Positions 1-9,057 of a DNA stretch of 64,000 bases are shown here, piece after piece. The position numbers were made by a program, and so were the translations under genes. The first letter of the stretch is position 1, and every line of letters begins with the position of its first letter. The notes below the pieces were generated by a model. It saw only the letters and a program-made list of their open reading frames with translations, ran no database searches and had not been told where the DNA came from. The stretch is taken from positions 124,001 to 188,000 of IMG/VR virus record IMGVR_UViG_3300030098_004828; one strand, given 5' to 3'.

Positions 1-145
1 TAATCTTTTTTCCATCAATATCTTCAAATCTAACTTCATCTATACATCCATCATCACCACCACCATTATATTCTACTTCTATATTTGCTATATTGTGATC
101 TTTAATCACTTGAACTGCTACATTTCTTTTTAGTTTTTTTTCCAT
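1..145 (-). CDS. Partial hypothetical protein (DUF6878-like), runs off window start
   Basis: Manual translation from ATG at 145: MEKKLKRNVAVQVIKDHNIANIEVEYNGGGDDGCIDEV...; the VEYxGGGDxG motif resembles DUF6878; not in the ORF track. Confidence 0.65.
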   Translation of the reverse strand, partial: MEKKLKRNVAVQVIKDHNIANIEVEYNGGGDDGCIDEVRFEDIDGKKI

Positions 146-509
146 TTTTTATTAATTTAATTTCTACACCTGGATTTTCCTTATCATATTCATAAGGTTC
201 AAATACAGGTATAATGTTTTCACAATTATCATCATCAATCCAATTATGTTTAACCATATCATCTTGCACTGTCTGTGCAGGATTAATATAGTCAAACTTA
301 TGTTTGGATCCTCTGATGAATTTAAATGATATTTTTACCGGTAATTCTAGTTTAGCCAATTGCTTCCTAAAGCCCTTTCTAAACTGATCATAGTATTTAG
401 CTGTTTCTTTTCTATACTTAGTTGTTGCTTTACTGGACACGAAATATCTTCCTGTCCATCTTCTTCCATTTTTACTACTTGGTACGTTACCTGGTATAAA
501 CCATTTCAT
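102..509 (-). CDS. RusA-like Holliday junction resolvase
   Basis: N-terminal IPGNVPSSKN, then DYIN...QDDM...IDDD acidic motif and C-terminal PGVEIKL, as in RusA-fold phage proteins. Confidence 0.7.
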   Translation of the reverse strand: MKWFIPGNVPSSKNGRRWTGRYFVSSKATTKYRKETAKYYDQFRKGFRKQLAKLELPVKISFKFIRGSKHKFDYINPAQTVQDDMVKHNWIDDDNCENIIPVFEPYEYDKENPGVEIKLIKNGKKTKKKCSSSSD

Positions 510-1486
510 AGAATACTTTTAAGTTTAACTTTAATTTCTTTATGAGCATCAGCAAAACCTTTCTCTTTTACAAGATCAGCAATGTCTTTGCTACTATCTA
601 ACCATGTGCCTTTTATGTCATATAACTGTTCATATTTATTAACAGCATTATGTCCAGCAACATCATTATCAAATAAAGTTACAACTTTTTTATACTTTTT
701 CTTAAGATTTTCAATAATATACGGTTTTATTACAGTATTTTCTGAGTCAGGTGCAATAACTTCTAAATTGTATCCAAATTGTTTTAGACACATTGCATCT
801 TTCAAAGAAGAACATATAACAAGATAAGGTTGATTATACTCTAATTGATCTATACCTTGAAGATGAGGTTTAACTTTTATGAATTTAAACTTCTTATTTT
901 TTGGTTGATAAATCTTATAGATGTTACCATCTTTATCAAAATAACCATATATATAAGTTTTAGCTAATAATGCACCAATAGTTCTTTGATCTATTGATTC
1001 TTCACTTTCTTTTACCATACGGTAAAAATTAAGTGGTTGAACATTATATTTATTAAGAATATCTTCACCAATATTAAAACTTAACCAAAATTCTCTGTCC
1101 CAATCAGACCATCTTCTTGGATTTACAGATTCTACTTTAAATTTTGCTTCTGGTTTTATAGTTGATTGTTTATATTCTCCTTTTTCTGTAATAAACTTGT
1201 TATAATCTTGACCTATTTTAAATACAGCTTTAGAAAAGTCTATTTTAAATAGTTCTTTAACTAAATCAATTTTATTACCACCTTTACCTGTTGAAAAATC
1301 TTTAAACTTATATTGACCTTTATCCGCAAATATCCACATGCTTGGAGTTCTTTCTGTAGGATGAAATACAGATTTAATCTGCACATTCTGTCCATTTAGT
1401 CTTTCTGGTAGATCCAGATAGAACTCAAACACCCATGTACTTGGAACTTTAGATCCATCTAATATGAGATTCTTTGTACTTATCAT
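506..1486 (-). CDS. DNA primase (TOPRIM)
   Basis: ERTPS and FKDFSTGKGG N-terminal motifs; SSLKDAM; LFDND; KDIAD. Confidence 0.85.
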   Translation of the reverse strand: MISTKNLILDGSKVPSTWVFEFYLDLPERLNGQNVQIKSVFHPTERTPSMWIFADKGQYKFKDFSTGKGGNKIDLVKELFKIDFSKAVFKIGQDYNKFITEKGEYKQSTIKPEAKFKVESVNPRRWSDWDREFWLSFNIGEDILNKYNVQPLNFYRMVKESEESIDQRTIGALLAKTYIYGYFDKDGNIYKIYQPKNKKFKFIKVKPHLQGIDQLEYNQPYLVICSSLKDAMCLKQFGYNLEVIAPDSENTVIKPYIIENLKKKYKKVVTLFDNDVAGHNAVNKYEQLYDIKGTWLDSSKDIADLVKEKGFADAHKEIKVKLKSIL

Positions 1487-1497
1487 AATCTTAAAAA

Positions 1498-1525
1498 ATA
1501 TAGGGACAAGTAAGTGCCCCTATAT
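1498..1525 (-). terminator. Terminator-like hairpin just upstream of primase
   Basis: ATATAGGG(1498-1505)/CCCTATAT(1518-1525) stem followed by a T-run on the minus strand. Confidence 0.5.
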
Positions 1526-1537
1526 ATTAAAAACTAT

Positions 1538-1620
1538 CTATTAACTGCTATTATGCGGTCCGTATTAAAAACCGTTGCAGGACAGTTAATAGTCCTCTTA
1601 CTAGGTATATTATCCTGCAA
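1538..1620 (-). ncRNA. Putative pseudoknotted RNA element
   Basis: Crossing stems 1538-1547/1583-1592 (10 bp) and 1575-1582/1613-1620 (8 bp), plus 1556-1559/1571-1574. Confidence 0.5.
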
Positions 1621-1622
1621 AA

Positions 1623-2333
1623 TTATAATTCAAAATCAGAACCTGATCCTGAATCTGCTTTAAATGGTATTTCTTCAGTAGTAGATGAAGAATCTTTCTT
1701 AACTAAAGCTTTAACATGTACTCCACGGTCAAACTTAAGTAATCTAGAATTTTCTTTATCTAATGCTTCCATAGCAATACCATCTTTAGATATACGTGGT
1801 AAATAAAGATCATTATTTATATAACCTTCTTTATTTTCCCACTCACGACCGCCAATACACATGTTAATAAGTTTAGAACCACCCATTAATCTATTACATT
1901 CAGTCATAAATTCTTCTATAGTTTGTGCTTCAATAGAATCTAATCCATCTCTCATATCTAATGTTTCAGCTAAAGTAATCATATGCTTTAAGATTTCTTG
2001 ATCTCTGCTAATTTCTCTACCACTTGGTAATGTAGTGTCTTTAAATGGAAAAGGACTTATTCTTACTCTACCAACTTGACCATCATATCTTCCTTTAGAT
2101 TGATCATTATAATCTCTAAAGAAACCTTCAAAATCACCTCCAACAGGTGCAGTTTCTACGTGTAAATGTATATTGTATGAATCTGCATCATACGGTGTTT
2201 GATCTAATGTAATAGAATTAATTTTTACTACATGATTTCCTGGTTCTAATACAGGTTTAATTCGTCCACTTCCTGCAGACATGTCTTTAGTATTTAACAT
2301 AACTTTCTTATTTTTTAAATTTACTTCACTCAT
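1623..2333 (-). CDS. Putative single-stranded DNA-binding protein (DUF669-like)
   Basis: LEPGNHVVKI start typical of DUF669-type SSBs, low-complexity tail ending SDFEL, position between AAA ATPase and primase. Confidence 0.6.
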   Translation of the reverse strand: MSEVNLKNKKVMLNTKDMSAGSGRIKPVLEPGNHVVKINSITLDQTPYDADSYNIHLHVETAPVGGDFEGFFRDYNDQSKGRYDGQVGRVRISPFPFKDTTLPSGREISRDQEILKHMITLAETLDMRDGLDSIEAQTIEEFMTECNRLMGGSKLINMCIGGREWENKEGYINNDLYLPRISKDGIAMEALDKENSRLLKFDRGVHVKALVKKDSSSTTEEIPFKADSGSGSDFEL

Positions 2334-2339
2334 TTTTTA

Positions 2340-3023
2340 TTAATTTTCATATTCAATAATTGCATCTTTAACAACTTTTAATGAATTATCTATACGTGCA
2401 TCATCAAACATTCCTGCTGGTGATTTGCAAGTATTTTCTCCATTATTAGCTGTTTCAAATACATAACTTAATTTATCATCTTCTCCTTTGACTACTTTGC
2501 CAAATAAAACTATAGAAAATAGACCTTCTAAAGTTAAAGCATTATCTATCATTTTACCTACAGTTTTTGCTTTTACTTTTCTATGTCCATTCACATCTGT
2601 TGATTCTTCTGAATGTGTTAAAAAGAATATATATAAATCATCTCTCATATCTTTAGGCATCTTAGCAACTTGTGCTAGATTCTTTGCAATTGAGGTAAAT
2701 TTATCATAACCCTTTTCATCAGCTCTATCAAAATATTCAAAACTTGACATATATTGCCAATCATCTATTACTAGATTTTTTATATGAGGCATTTTATCAT
2801 TAACATGCATCATAGCTTTCATAATCCCTGCGGCAGATGACACTCCTGTCATATTTCCTTTTTGATTATCTTTGCCAATCATTGTATAATTCTTTTTCCA
2901 TCCTTTAAATGGTAAAGGTTTATTTGCAATGTTAATAATAAATGTCTCTTTAGGATCTAAATCCCTAATTGATGTAGATTTACCTGACCCTGAGTCAGCT
3001 ATAACTAATACAGATTGTGCCAT
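2340..3023 (-). CDS. AAA_24/Sak4-like ATPase
   Basis: Walker A ADSGSGKST, Walker B LVIDD, FLTH and KSP motifs. Confidence 0.85.
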   Translation of the reverse strand: MAQSVLVIADSGSGKSTSIRDLDPKETFIINIANKPLPFKGWKKNYTMIGKDNQKGNMTGVSSAAGIMKAMMHVNDKMPHIKNLVIDDWQYMSSFEYFDRADEKGYDKFTSIAKNLAQVAKMPKDMRDDLYIFFLTHSEESTDVNGHRKVKAKTVGKMIDNALTLEGLFSIVLFGKVVKGEDDKLSYVFETANNGENTCKSPAGMFDDARIDNSLKVVKDAIIEYEN

Positions 3024-3024
3024 T

Positions 3025-3513
3025 TTATTTATTTAATTTTTGGTTTATACTCAATAATGCTTTTTCAATTCCTTTAAGAACATCTACTATGTCTCTTTTA
3101 TCTGGATTAGTTATTGGTGTTATACAGTCACTAACTTTAGGTTTAAATTGTTCCATTCTATTAGTTACATCATTAATAACTTTTAATTCAGATACAGGTA
3201 CAATATGTCTTTCAAATCCTGAACTACTTGTTACTGTTTCATATTCTTCAGCCCAATGAGGATTATGTTTAAATAAATATAATGTTCTTTTTGGATCTTC
3301 TGAGTTATATTCTATACTAACAAACTCAGTATAAATATCTCTACTTTTTTGTAATTCACTTGGAAAGAAAGATATATGTAACTCATCTTTTCCTGATGGT
3401 CTATATGCCATCTTTGGTATGTATAGTGCATTTATATTACCAGATTTTTGGAAATAATCTTCATGCTCTTCTTTTAATTTTAATACTTTTGCTTTACGCT
3501 CTTGTGGTGTCAT
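3025..3513 (-). CDS. Hypothetical protein (replication module)
   Basis: ORF track 3025..3555; ATG at 3513 (MTPQER) avoids overlap with the helicase. Confidence 0.7.
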   Translation of the reverse strand: MTPQERKAKVLKLKEEHEDYFQKSGNINALYIPKMAYRPSGKDELHISFFPSELQKSRDIYTEFVSIEYNSEDPKRTLYLFKHNPHWAEEYETVTSSSGFERHIVPVSELKVINDVTNRMEQFKPKVSDCITPITNPDKRDIVDVLKGIEKALLSINQKLNK

Positions 3514-3517
3514 ATAA

Positions 3518-4471
3518 TTATCTTCTTTGTTCTTGAGGTGGTGTGTCCATCTCACTTATTTGCATTCTTTCAAATTCTGCTTTGAAAAAACTCATACGTG
3601 TATCACCATTTCTTGCTTTAAGGAAATGTAATACAAGAGTTCTATCATTTTCTATTATATATCTATCAGGACCATAATATCTAATCTTTTGTTTAGCAGG
3701 ACGGTTGATACCTATTAAAGTATCAGCATGCTGTAACATTGCATCTGAACCAAATATATCTGATTCTAATACATAATTACCATACTTACCATTAGTTGCT
3801 CTCTCTGGATTATCTATATTCCTATTTAATTGTGATAAACATATAAACATACAAGGATATTTACGTTTCATCTCTGTAAAAAACTCACCTAATTCAAATA
3901 ACATGTCTAATCTGTTATTTTGATATGGTGCTCTTTTTACAAGAATACTATGATCTAATGTGATAATAGTTTTCTTTTGATGTTGATTCATATAAATATC
4001 AACTTGATCTCTCATCTGGTTAACAGTCATTGGTGTAGTTATTTGATCTACAGGACTTTTAATTCTATCTTTAGCATACACATGACATTTATCAAATGTA
4101 TTTTTATCTAAAATAGTTCCTGCACTACATAATTGTTTATAAGTTTTACCAGTAATAGATGAAAACTCTCTTAATGCTGTAGTTCTTCCTACCATTTCAA
4201 AGCTAAATTCTAATACTCTGAAATCTTCTTCAGGATTTAGAATGAAAGATTCTCTTATTATCTGATCCTTGATCAAGGTTTTCCCTGATCCAGGTCTTCC
4301 CCCGATGACAGTAAGAGTATTCCATTCTAATCCATCAGTTACAGCATCATTAAACTTAGGCCATGGAGTTTGTATAGATTTCTCTGTACCACTTTGCCTA
4401 GCAAGCATATATTTTAATGCATCATTAAATGCTTGATATTGTCCGTCCCATGCTGGTTTAACTTTACTCAT
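3518..4471 (-). CDS. dnaB: DnaB-like replicative helicase (SF4, C-terminal domain only)
   Basis: GGRPGSGKT, FSFEM, LDH, LSQLNR, QHAD, LKARNG motifs. Confidence 0.92.
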   Translation of the reverse strand: MSKVKPAWDGQYQAFNDALKYMLARQSGTEKSIQTPWPKFNDAVTDGLEWNTLTVIGGRPGSGKTLIKDQIIRESFILNPEEDFRVLEFSFEMVGRTTALREFSSITGKTYKQLCSAGTILDKNTFDKCHVYAKDRIKSPVDQITTPMTVNQMRDQVDIYMNQHQKKTIITLDHSILVKRAPYQNNRLDMLFELGEFFTEMKRKYPCMFICLSQLNRNIDNPERATNGKYGNYVLESDIFGSDAMLQHADTLIGINRPAKQKIRYYGPDRYIIENDRTLVLHFLKARNGDTRMSFFKAEFERMQISEMDTPPQEQRR

Positions 4472-5064
4472 ACCACTTTTTCTTTAAATGGTTGATCATC
4501 ATCTATTTCTACACCATCACGGATCATGTCACAATAATCAGCTAATTCTGAATGCTTTACTTTATATTTATCTTGTTTACATATAAAATATTGACTTGTT
4601 TTCATATACATGTAATCTTTATTTTTATATTCATTTATATACATAACTGTTGCATGTGCAACTTCTTCCCATGTATAGTCATATACTTGAAAAAACCAAC
4701 TAAATGCATTTTCTAAAGTTTTAATATTTTGTCTTGCTGGTTTACCGCTTGGTAATTTACCTGCAGGCCATGCTTCTCTATATATTTTAAGCATTTCCAT
4801 ATATCCTTTACCTAGTAATTGAGTATTAGTTTTCTTTTTTCTTATAGCATATAAATTATTATATTTTGCACAAATTCTTTTACCTTTTGCAGTTAATGTA
4901 AACTTTGGTTTTTTATATACTAACAATCCTAACTCAATTAATTTTTTTGCATCATCTTCTTTATTTTCTACAGGAAAAGAAATACTATTCTTTATCCCAT
5001 ACAAGAGAAGTAATTGGTTCGGTGTAAGTTTGTCTTTTAATATCTTCTGGAATAGTTCTAACAT
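4468..5064 (-). CDS. Winged-helix protein, possible replication initiator or helicase loader
   Basis: N-terminal wHTH-like segment (LIELGLL...LTAKGK); ATGA-coupled to the helicase. Confidence 0.5.
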   Translation of the reverse strand: MLELFQKILKDKLTPNQLLLLYGIKNSISFPVENKEDDAKKLIELGLLVYKKPKFTLTAKGKRICAKYNNLYAIRKKKTNTQLLGKGYMEMLKIYREAWPAGKLPSGKPARQNIKTLENAFSWFFQVYDYTWEEVAHATVMYINEYKNKDYMYMKTSQYFICKQDKYKVKHSELADYCDMIRDGVEIDDDQPFKEKVV

Positions 5065-5536
5065 AATTTTTAATATTTTCTTTTAATTTATTATATGCTT
5101 CACATACTTGTATATCACCTACATCTAATAAACCTTTAGTTTGTCTAATACTATGTATTACACTTGCGTGATGTTTATTAATATGAGCTCCTGTATACTG
5201 TAATGTAAATCCTATTTTATTACATATATAACAAAAGAGTTGTTTGAATATTACAAATTCTCTTCTCCTACATTCTTTACCTAAAGATCTCCAACCTTTA
5301 AATTCAGGATACAATTCTCTCATTGTTCCTATTACTAATTTTTCAACTATTTCTATAGTTTTAATTTGATGTGCTTCTTTCATTGCAACTATTTCATCTT
5401 CCCATTGTCTTATATCTACAGTTACATCTGATTTATCACTAACTAGTATATTAATATTTTTTTCATACTTTGATTCAAATTCATTTTTAAATTTTTGAAT
5501 CTCATTTGTCATTTTTAAAATATCTTCTTGAAACAT
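4985..5536 (-). CDS. DnaA domain IV (Bac_DnaA_C)-like DNA-binding protein
   Basis: RRREFVIFKQLFCYI...TLQYTGAHINKHHASVIHS matches the R..RQ.AMYL...SL..IG...RDHTTV.H signature; no AAA+ domain. Confidence 0.7.
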   Translation of the reverse strand: MFQEDILKMTNEIQKFKNEFESKYEKNINILVSDKSDVTVDIRQWEDEIVAMKEAHQIKTIEIVEKLVIGTMRELYPEFKGWRSLGKECRRREFVIFKQLFCYICNKIGFTLQYTGAHINKHHASVIHSIRQTKGLLDVGDIQVCEAYNKLKENIKNYVRTIPEDIKRQTYTEPITSLVWDKE

Positions 5537-5556
5537 ATTGGTTTATTTAAGGTTTG

Positions 5557-5584
5557 TAAAGATACTAAAAATATTGTATCTTTA
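5557..5584. promoter_or_regulatory. Back-to-back Bacteroidota-type -7 elements forming a 9-bp inverted repeat
   Basis: TAAAGATAC(5557-5565)/GTATCTTTA(5576-5584); each arm reads TATCTTTA (near TAnnTTTG) toward a divergent gene. Confidence 0.55.
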
Positions 5585-5605
5585 TGTTAATAAATACTAT
5601 TAATT

Positions 5606-6136
5606 ATGACTAAAAAGAAAACTAATAAAATGCCTAAAAAAGCTTCTACTAAACAGCAGAAAATTGAAGCAATAGATAAGCTTTCTAAAGTTGCTAAAGG
5701 TAAAGTAGTTACAATACCTGATGATGCAATTATAAATCTACCTATATCAGGTGATTTTAAAAAAGCTATAGAAGAAACTTTGCATTTTGTCATGTCTGAT
5801 ATGGCTGTTGCTGAAATAATAGTTGCAATGAAAAGGATTAGAGAAGGTTTTAAAGGTGTTGATCCTGCAACAGTTACTAATGCTGAAAGAGCTTGTTGGG
5901 TTTTAATGTCTCTTGTTTCAGAAATAAATCATCAAGCTGCTATACAAGAAAAAACTGTTATTACAGATGAAAATGTAAATGAAAAACTGGCTGATGCTAT
6001 AAATGCACTTGATACTGATGCTGCTATTGCAGATATAATAAGTGAAAATGTAGAATACAGAAATTATAGATCTGAAAGAGATAAAGTTATAGATGATTTA
6101 ACTAAATCTCAAGATAATAAGGATGAAAATGATTAA
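5606..6136 (+). CDS. Hypothetical protein, only plus-strand gene in the replication arm
   Basis: 176-aa ORF filling the gap between minus-strand genes, with its own promoter-like element. Confidence 0.8.
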   Translation: MTKKKTNKMPKKASTKQQKIEAIDKLSKVAKGKVVTIPDDAIINLPISGDFKKAIEETLHFVMSDMAVAEIIVAMKRIREGFKGVDPATVTNAERACWVLMSLVSEINHQAAIQEKTVITDENVNEKLADAINALDTDAAIADIISENVEYRNYRSERDKVIDDLTKSQDNKDEND

Positions 6137-6516
6137 CGTAAGTTAATTCCAGTAAAATCCCCCATTTCAATTAAGGACTGTATTACCAAGTTTAATTCTT
6201 GTTTACTACAGTCCTTAAATGATTTACAATATTCTTGACTATCTTTAACAAAACATAATCCTGTTTTTCTTTTAGCTTCTAATTTTATTTCAGCAAACGT
6301 ATGTCCTATATCATTTGCTAATTCTCTAATCATAGCATGAATCTTTGCAAGTTGTGCATTAGTTCCATCTTCACCAGATACACTAGCAAATATTTCTATT
6401 TTAGTTCCTTCAGGTAATTCTTGTATCCAATTTTTATAAAGAGTACCTTTAGCTTTTATGGTGTGGATAAGTTCTCCATCCACTTTTTTTAGTATTGAAA
6501 AGAAGTTGTTTTTCAT
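6133..6516 (-). CDS. NinB/YbcN-like recombination protein
   Basis: TNAQLAKIHAMIRELANDIGHT...SFKDCSKQELNLVI pattern; likely ATG at 6516. Confidence 0.6.
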   Translation of the reverse strand: MKNNFFSILKKVDGELIHTIKAKGTLYKNWIQELPEGTKIEIFASVSGEDGTNAQLAKIHAMIRELANDIGHTFAEIKLEAKRKTGLCFVKDSQEYCKSFKDCSKQELNLVIQSLIEMGDFTGINLR

Positions 6517-6593
6517 CTTGTAAGTATTGGTATTAATAAAAGTATTAACCAACATAACATTAACATTATGAAGAGATAATCATCTTTTTTCAT
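6513..6593 (-). CDS. 26-aa membrane microprotein
   Basis: MKKDDYLFIMLMLCWLILLLIPILTR; ATGA overlaps with both neighbours. Confidence 0.55.
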   Translation of the reverse strand: MKKDDYLFIMLMLCWLILLLIPILTR

Positions 6594-6715
6594 GATACTA
6601 AATATAAAAGAAAGCATCCTAATCCAATAATTATTGCTCCTATTATTATTTTTTTTATATCTTGATCAGCTTCTTTAGCTTCTTCTTCCCATTCTTGAAG
6701 TTCTTTATCAGTCAT
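6590..6715 (-). CDS. 41-aa tail-anchored membrane microprotein
   Basis: MTDKELQEWEEEAKEADQDIKKIIIGAIIIGLGCFLLYLVS. Confidence 0.6.
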   Translation of the reverse strand: MTDKELQEWEEEAKEADQDIKKIIIGAIIIGLGCFLLYLVS

Positions 6716-6717
6716 AA

Positions 6718-6975
6718 TTATAAATTTTCATGTTCCTCCACTATTTCTTTTTCTATTTCATACATAGTTTCTGGACACAGTTCATAAAAAAAATCAGCCA
6801 TATCTACTTGTTCATCAGTTGATGTATTATATTCATCATTCCATAAATAAATTGCTTCTACTTCAACAGTAGCTCCTGTACCAGGATAATCATGTGTACT
6901 TGGCTCAGCCGGTATATATTGATATTCTATATCTATTTCCCAATTATTTATTTTTTTTGAATAAGTTTGTCTCAT
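6718..6975 (-). CDS. Acidic hypothetical protein
   Basis: ORF track; likely start at 6975 (MRQTY); YIPAEPSTHDYPG motif of small phage proteins. Confidence 0.7.
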   Translation of the reverse strand: MRQTYSKKINNWEIDIEYQYIPAEPSTHDYPGTGATVEVEAIYLWNDEYNTSTDEQVDMADFFYELCPETMYEIEKEIVEEHENL

Positions 6976-7052
6976 TTTCCTTTCATTATATATGATATCA
7001 TAGCTCCAGTTATAAATGCAACTGCAGCTACACAAATTATTGTTAATGCCAT
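6972..7052 (-). CDS. 26-aa membrane microprotein
   Basis: MALTIICVAAVAFITGAMISYIMKGK; ATGA overlap with downstream gene. Confidence 0.55.
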   Translation of the reverse strand: MALTIICVAAVAFITGAMISYIMKGK

Positions 7053-7053
7053 T

Positions 7054-7227
7054 TTATTTATTTGTTAATATTAATCTTGCAGGAAGTACTTTGTTAAAAT
7101 TACATATTGTACAACATCTTCCTTCTTTATTATATAATGGTGATGGATTATGACCATAACCTGTAAATTCTTCTTTACATATACAACAAATTTTTATTTC
7201 TTCTTTTTTATCTGTCTGTTTATCCAT
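7054..7227 (-). CDS. Small zinc-finger protein
   Basis: CCIC...GYGHNPSP...CCTICN...VLPAR; likely start at 7227. Confidence 0.7.
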   Translation of the reverse strand: MDKQTDKKEEIKICCICKEEFTGYGHNPSPLYNKEGRCCTICNFNKVLPARLILTNK

Positions 7228-7316
7228 GATCCTAATTGTGTTGTTACATAAATTCCTAATGCGAAGCACGCTCCACCAAAGATGAAGAGTGCTCCTAATT
7301 CTAATATATTAATCAT
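7194..7316 (-). CDS. 40-aa membrane microprotein
   Basis: MINILELGALFIFGGACFALGIYVTTQLGSWINRQIKKKK. Confidence 0.55.
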   Translation of the reverse strand: MINILELGALFIFGGACFALGIYVTTQLGSWINRQIKKKK

Positions 7317-7620
7317 ATTTTAATTTCATTGAATCTAATTGATGTCCTAAATCCATTATTTCTATATATAATGAATCTATAGTTTTAATTTTTTTACCAC
7401 ATTCATGTTGTAAAGCTTCATCCATGTGACCTACTTGATTTATCCAGAAATTTTCAGTTAATATTCTAACTTCTTCATTTAAATTTTTAATTTCTTTTGA
7501 TTTACCATGAGATATAAGTAATAATATTATTATAATGCATACAAATGCTGTTATAATTGGACTACATTTATGCCCTATAATATTTAATATCCAGTTTTTA
7601 AATTTATTTATTAATTTCAT
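7309..7620 (-). CDS. Single-pass membrane protein with coiled coil
   Basis: Hydrophobic IITAFVCIIIILLLIS followed by a heptad-like segment. Confidence 0.65.
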   Translation of the reverse strand: MKLINKFKNWILNIIGHKCSPIITAFVCIIIILLLISHGKSKEIKNLNEEVRILTENFWINQVGHMDEALQHECGKKIKTIDSLYIEIMDLGHQLDSMKLKYD

Positions 7621-8726
7621 CTTTCTAAAGGGTTAAAGTATTTAATTTTATTATTATCAAAATTACTAAGTGCGGAGTTCACCCATTTTACATCTTGAGT
7701 ATTCTTATAACATAATATATGACATGTTGCAGTCTCACTTGGATTAAGTCTTAGCAGCCGACCTATTCTTTGTGCTGACTTACGTTCATTACCATATGCA
7801 TGCATAATAATACCTTGACGTAAATTAGGTATAGTAACTCCTTCACTCAGTTGTAATACACAAGACAGCTTATCTATTCTACCATCACTGAATAACTGTA
7901 AGTTATCTTCTGATGCGGTATTTTTAGAATGATAGCTGTGATTACACATTCTATCTGCTTGTGCTTGTGTATTAGCAAAGACAATACATTTTTCACCTAT
8001 ATTTTTCATCAAACCTTTAGCATATGCTTCTTTAGTAGGATAATCCATCATAGATTTCATTCTCATAATAGAGAGATATTGTCTTTGTTTTGGTGTTTGA
8101 GCATCTCCTAATGCTCCAGTAAAATAACCATAGTCTGCTTTTTCAGAAGTATACCAAAATCCTCCATCTTTTTTAGTTTTCTTAACATTCTTTATTCCTG
8201 ATAATTCTAATTCATGCACTATGATCTGATAATCATTAAGTATATCATTGTCTGCTGCATCATCTACACTAAATGTATATTTAACAGGACAATACTTATT
8301 GACCATCTTTAATTTCTCTCCTAATTTAGGTGGTGTACCAGTTAGTCCCAGTATTCTACCTTTAAATTCAGACAGAAATGTTTCATGTGTTTCCAATAGA
8401 CTATGACATTCATCTAAATAAACTATATCATAATCTTTTGGATTCTTTTTATTTAATGATAAATATGTTGTATAAATTATATGATTTTCTCCTATTTCTG
8501 ATTTACCTAATAGTTCTAGTTCTTTAATCCAAACAGTCATTACTGACCATTTTGGAACAACAACTAATACTCTTATGAATGGATCATATAATTTTAATAA
8601 ATGGTTAATGGCAATTCTTGTTTTACCAACACCCATAGATATACCGAGCGTTGCTCTGTTGTTATTAATTGCTATATCTAAAGCATCTTGTTGTACTTTA
8701 TCTCTTGATATTTCTTTCACTTCCAT
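7617..8726 (-). CDS. Superfamily 2 helicase (DExH)
   Basis: MGVGKT, DECH, LTGT, LSEG, QRIGRLLR. Confidence 0.92.
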   Translation of the reverse strand: MEVKEISRDKVQQDALDIAINNNRATLGISMGVGKTRIAINHLLKLYDPFIRVLVVVPKWSVMTVWIKELELLGKSEIGENHIIYTTYLSLNKKNPKDYDIVYLDECHSLLETHETFLSEFKGRILGLTGTPPKLGEKLKMVNKYCPVKYTFSVDDAADNDILNDYQIIVHELELSGIKNVKKTKKDGGFWYTSEKADYGYFTGALGDAQTPKQRQYLSIMRMKSMMDYPTKEAYAKGLMKNIGEKCIVFANTQAQADRMCNHSYHSKNTASEDNLQLFSDGRIDKLSCVLQLSEGVTIPNLRQGIIMHAYGNERKSAQRIGRLLRLNPSETATCHILCYKNTQDVKWVNSALSNFDNNKIKYFNPLER

Positions 8727-8794
8727 TTGTTATTTAATATATGTTGACTTATAATAAGTATTGTTACAAGTATTATTACTGCTATTATTTTCAT
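8717..8794 (-). CDS. 25-aa membrane microprotein
   Basis: MKIIAVIILVTILIISQHILNNKWK; abuts both neighbours. Confidence 0.45.
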   Translation of the reverse strand: MKIIAVIILVTILIISQHILNNKWK

Positions 8795-9057
8795 TAGTTT
8801 AATCCTATATTATTATCTTTTAATATTCTATGTAATTCTTCATGTTTATCCATTTCTTTAAAGTGTTCTTGAATTTTATCAAGTCTTTCACTTAATTCTT
8901 GTGGTAATACATGCATTTCAAAGTCATTAACTTCATTTATTATATGTAATAAAGTTTCTTGATCTATAATGTCAGGATTATCTGACAAAAACATTGCAAG
9001 ATTATATAAATCTTCTTTTTCTAAATTATTTGCTAAGTATTTAAGTAATTTTATCAT
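8794..9057 (-). CDS. Hypothetical protein
   Basis: ORF track; coupled to neighbours. Confidence 0.7.
   Translation of the reverse strand: MIKLLKYLANNLEKEDLYNLAMFLSDNPDIIDQETLLHIINEVNDFEMHVLPQELSERLDKIQEHFKEMDKHEELHRILKDNNIGLN

Noticed and set aside
1538-1620. HDV-like ribozyme or stop-codon read-through into primase
   Set aside because: No P3/L3 element between the crossing stems, and read-through hits another stop before primase
6462-6470. Perfect DnaA box TGTGGATAA
   Set aside because: Single copy inside a CDS; could arise by chance
7260-7268. TGC-GAA-GCA mini-hairpin
   Set aside because: Inside a coding microprotein and lacking the ACAAGGT and GA-mismatch context
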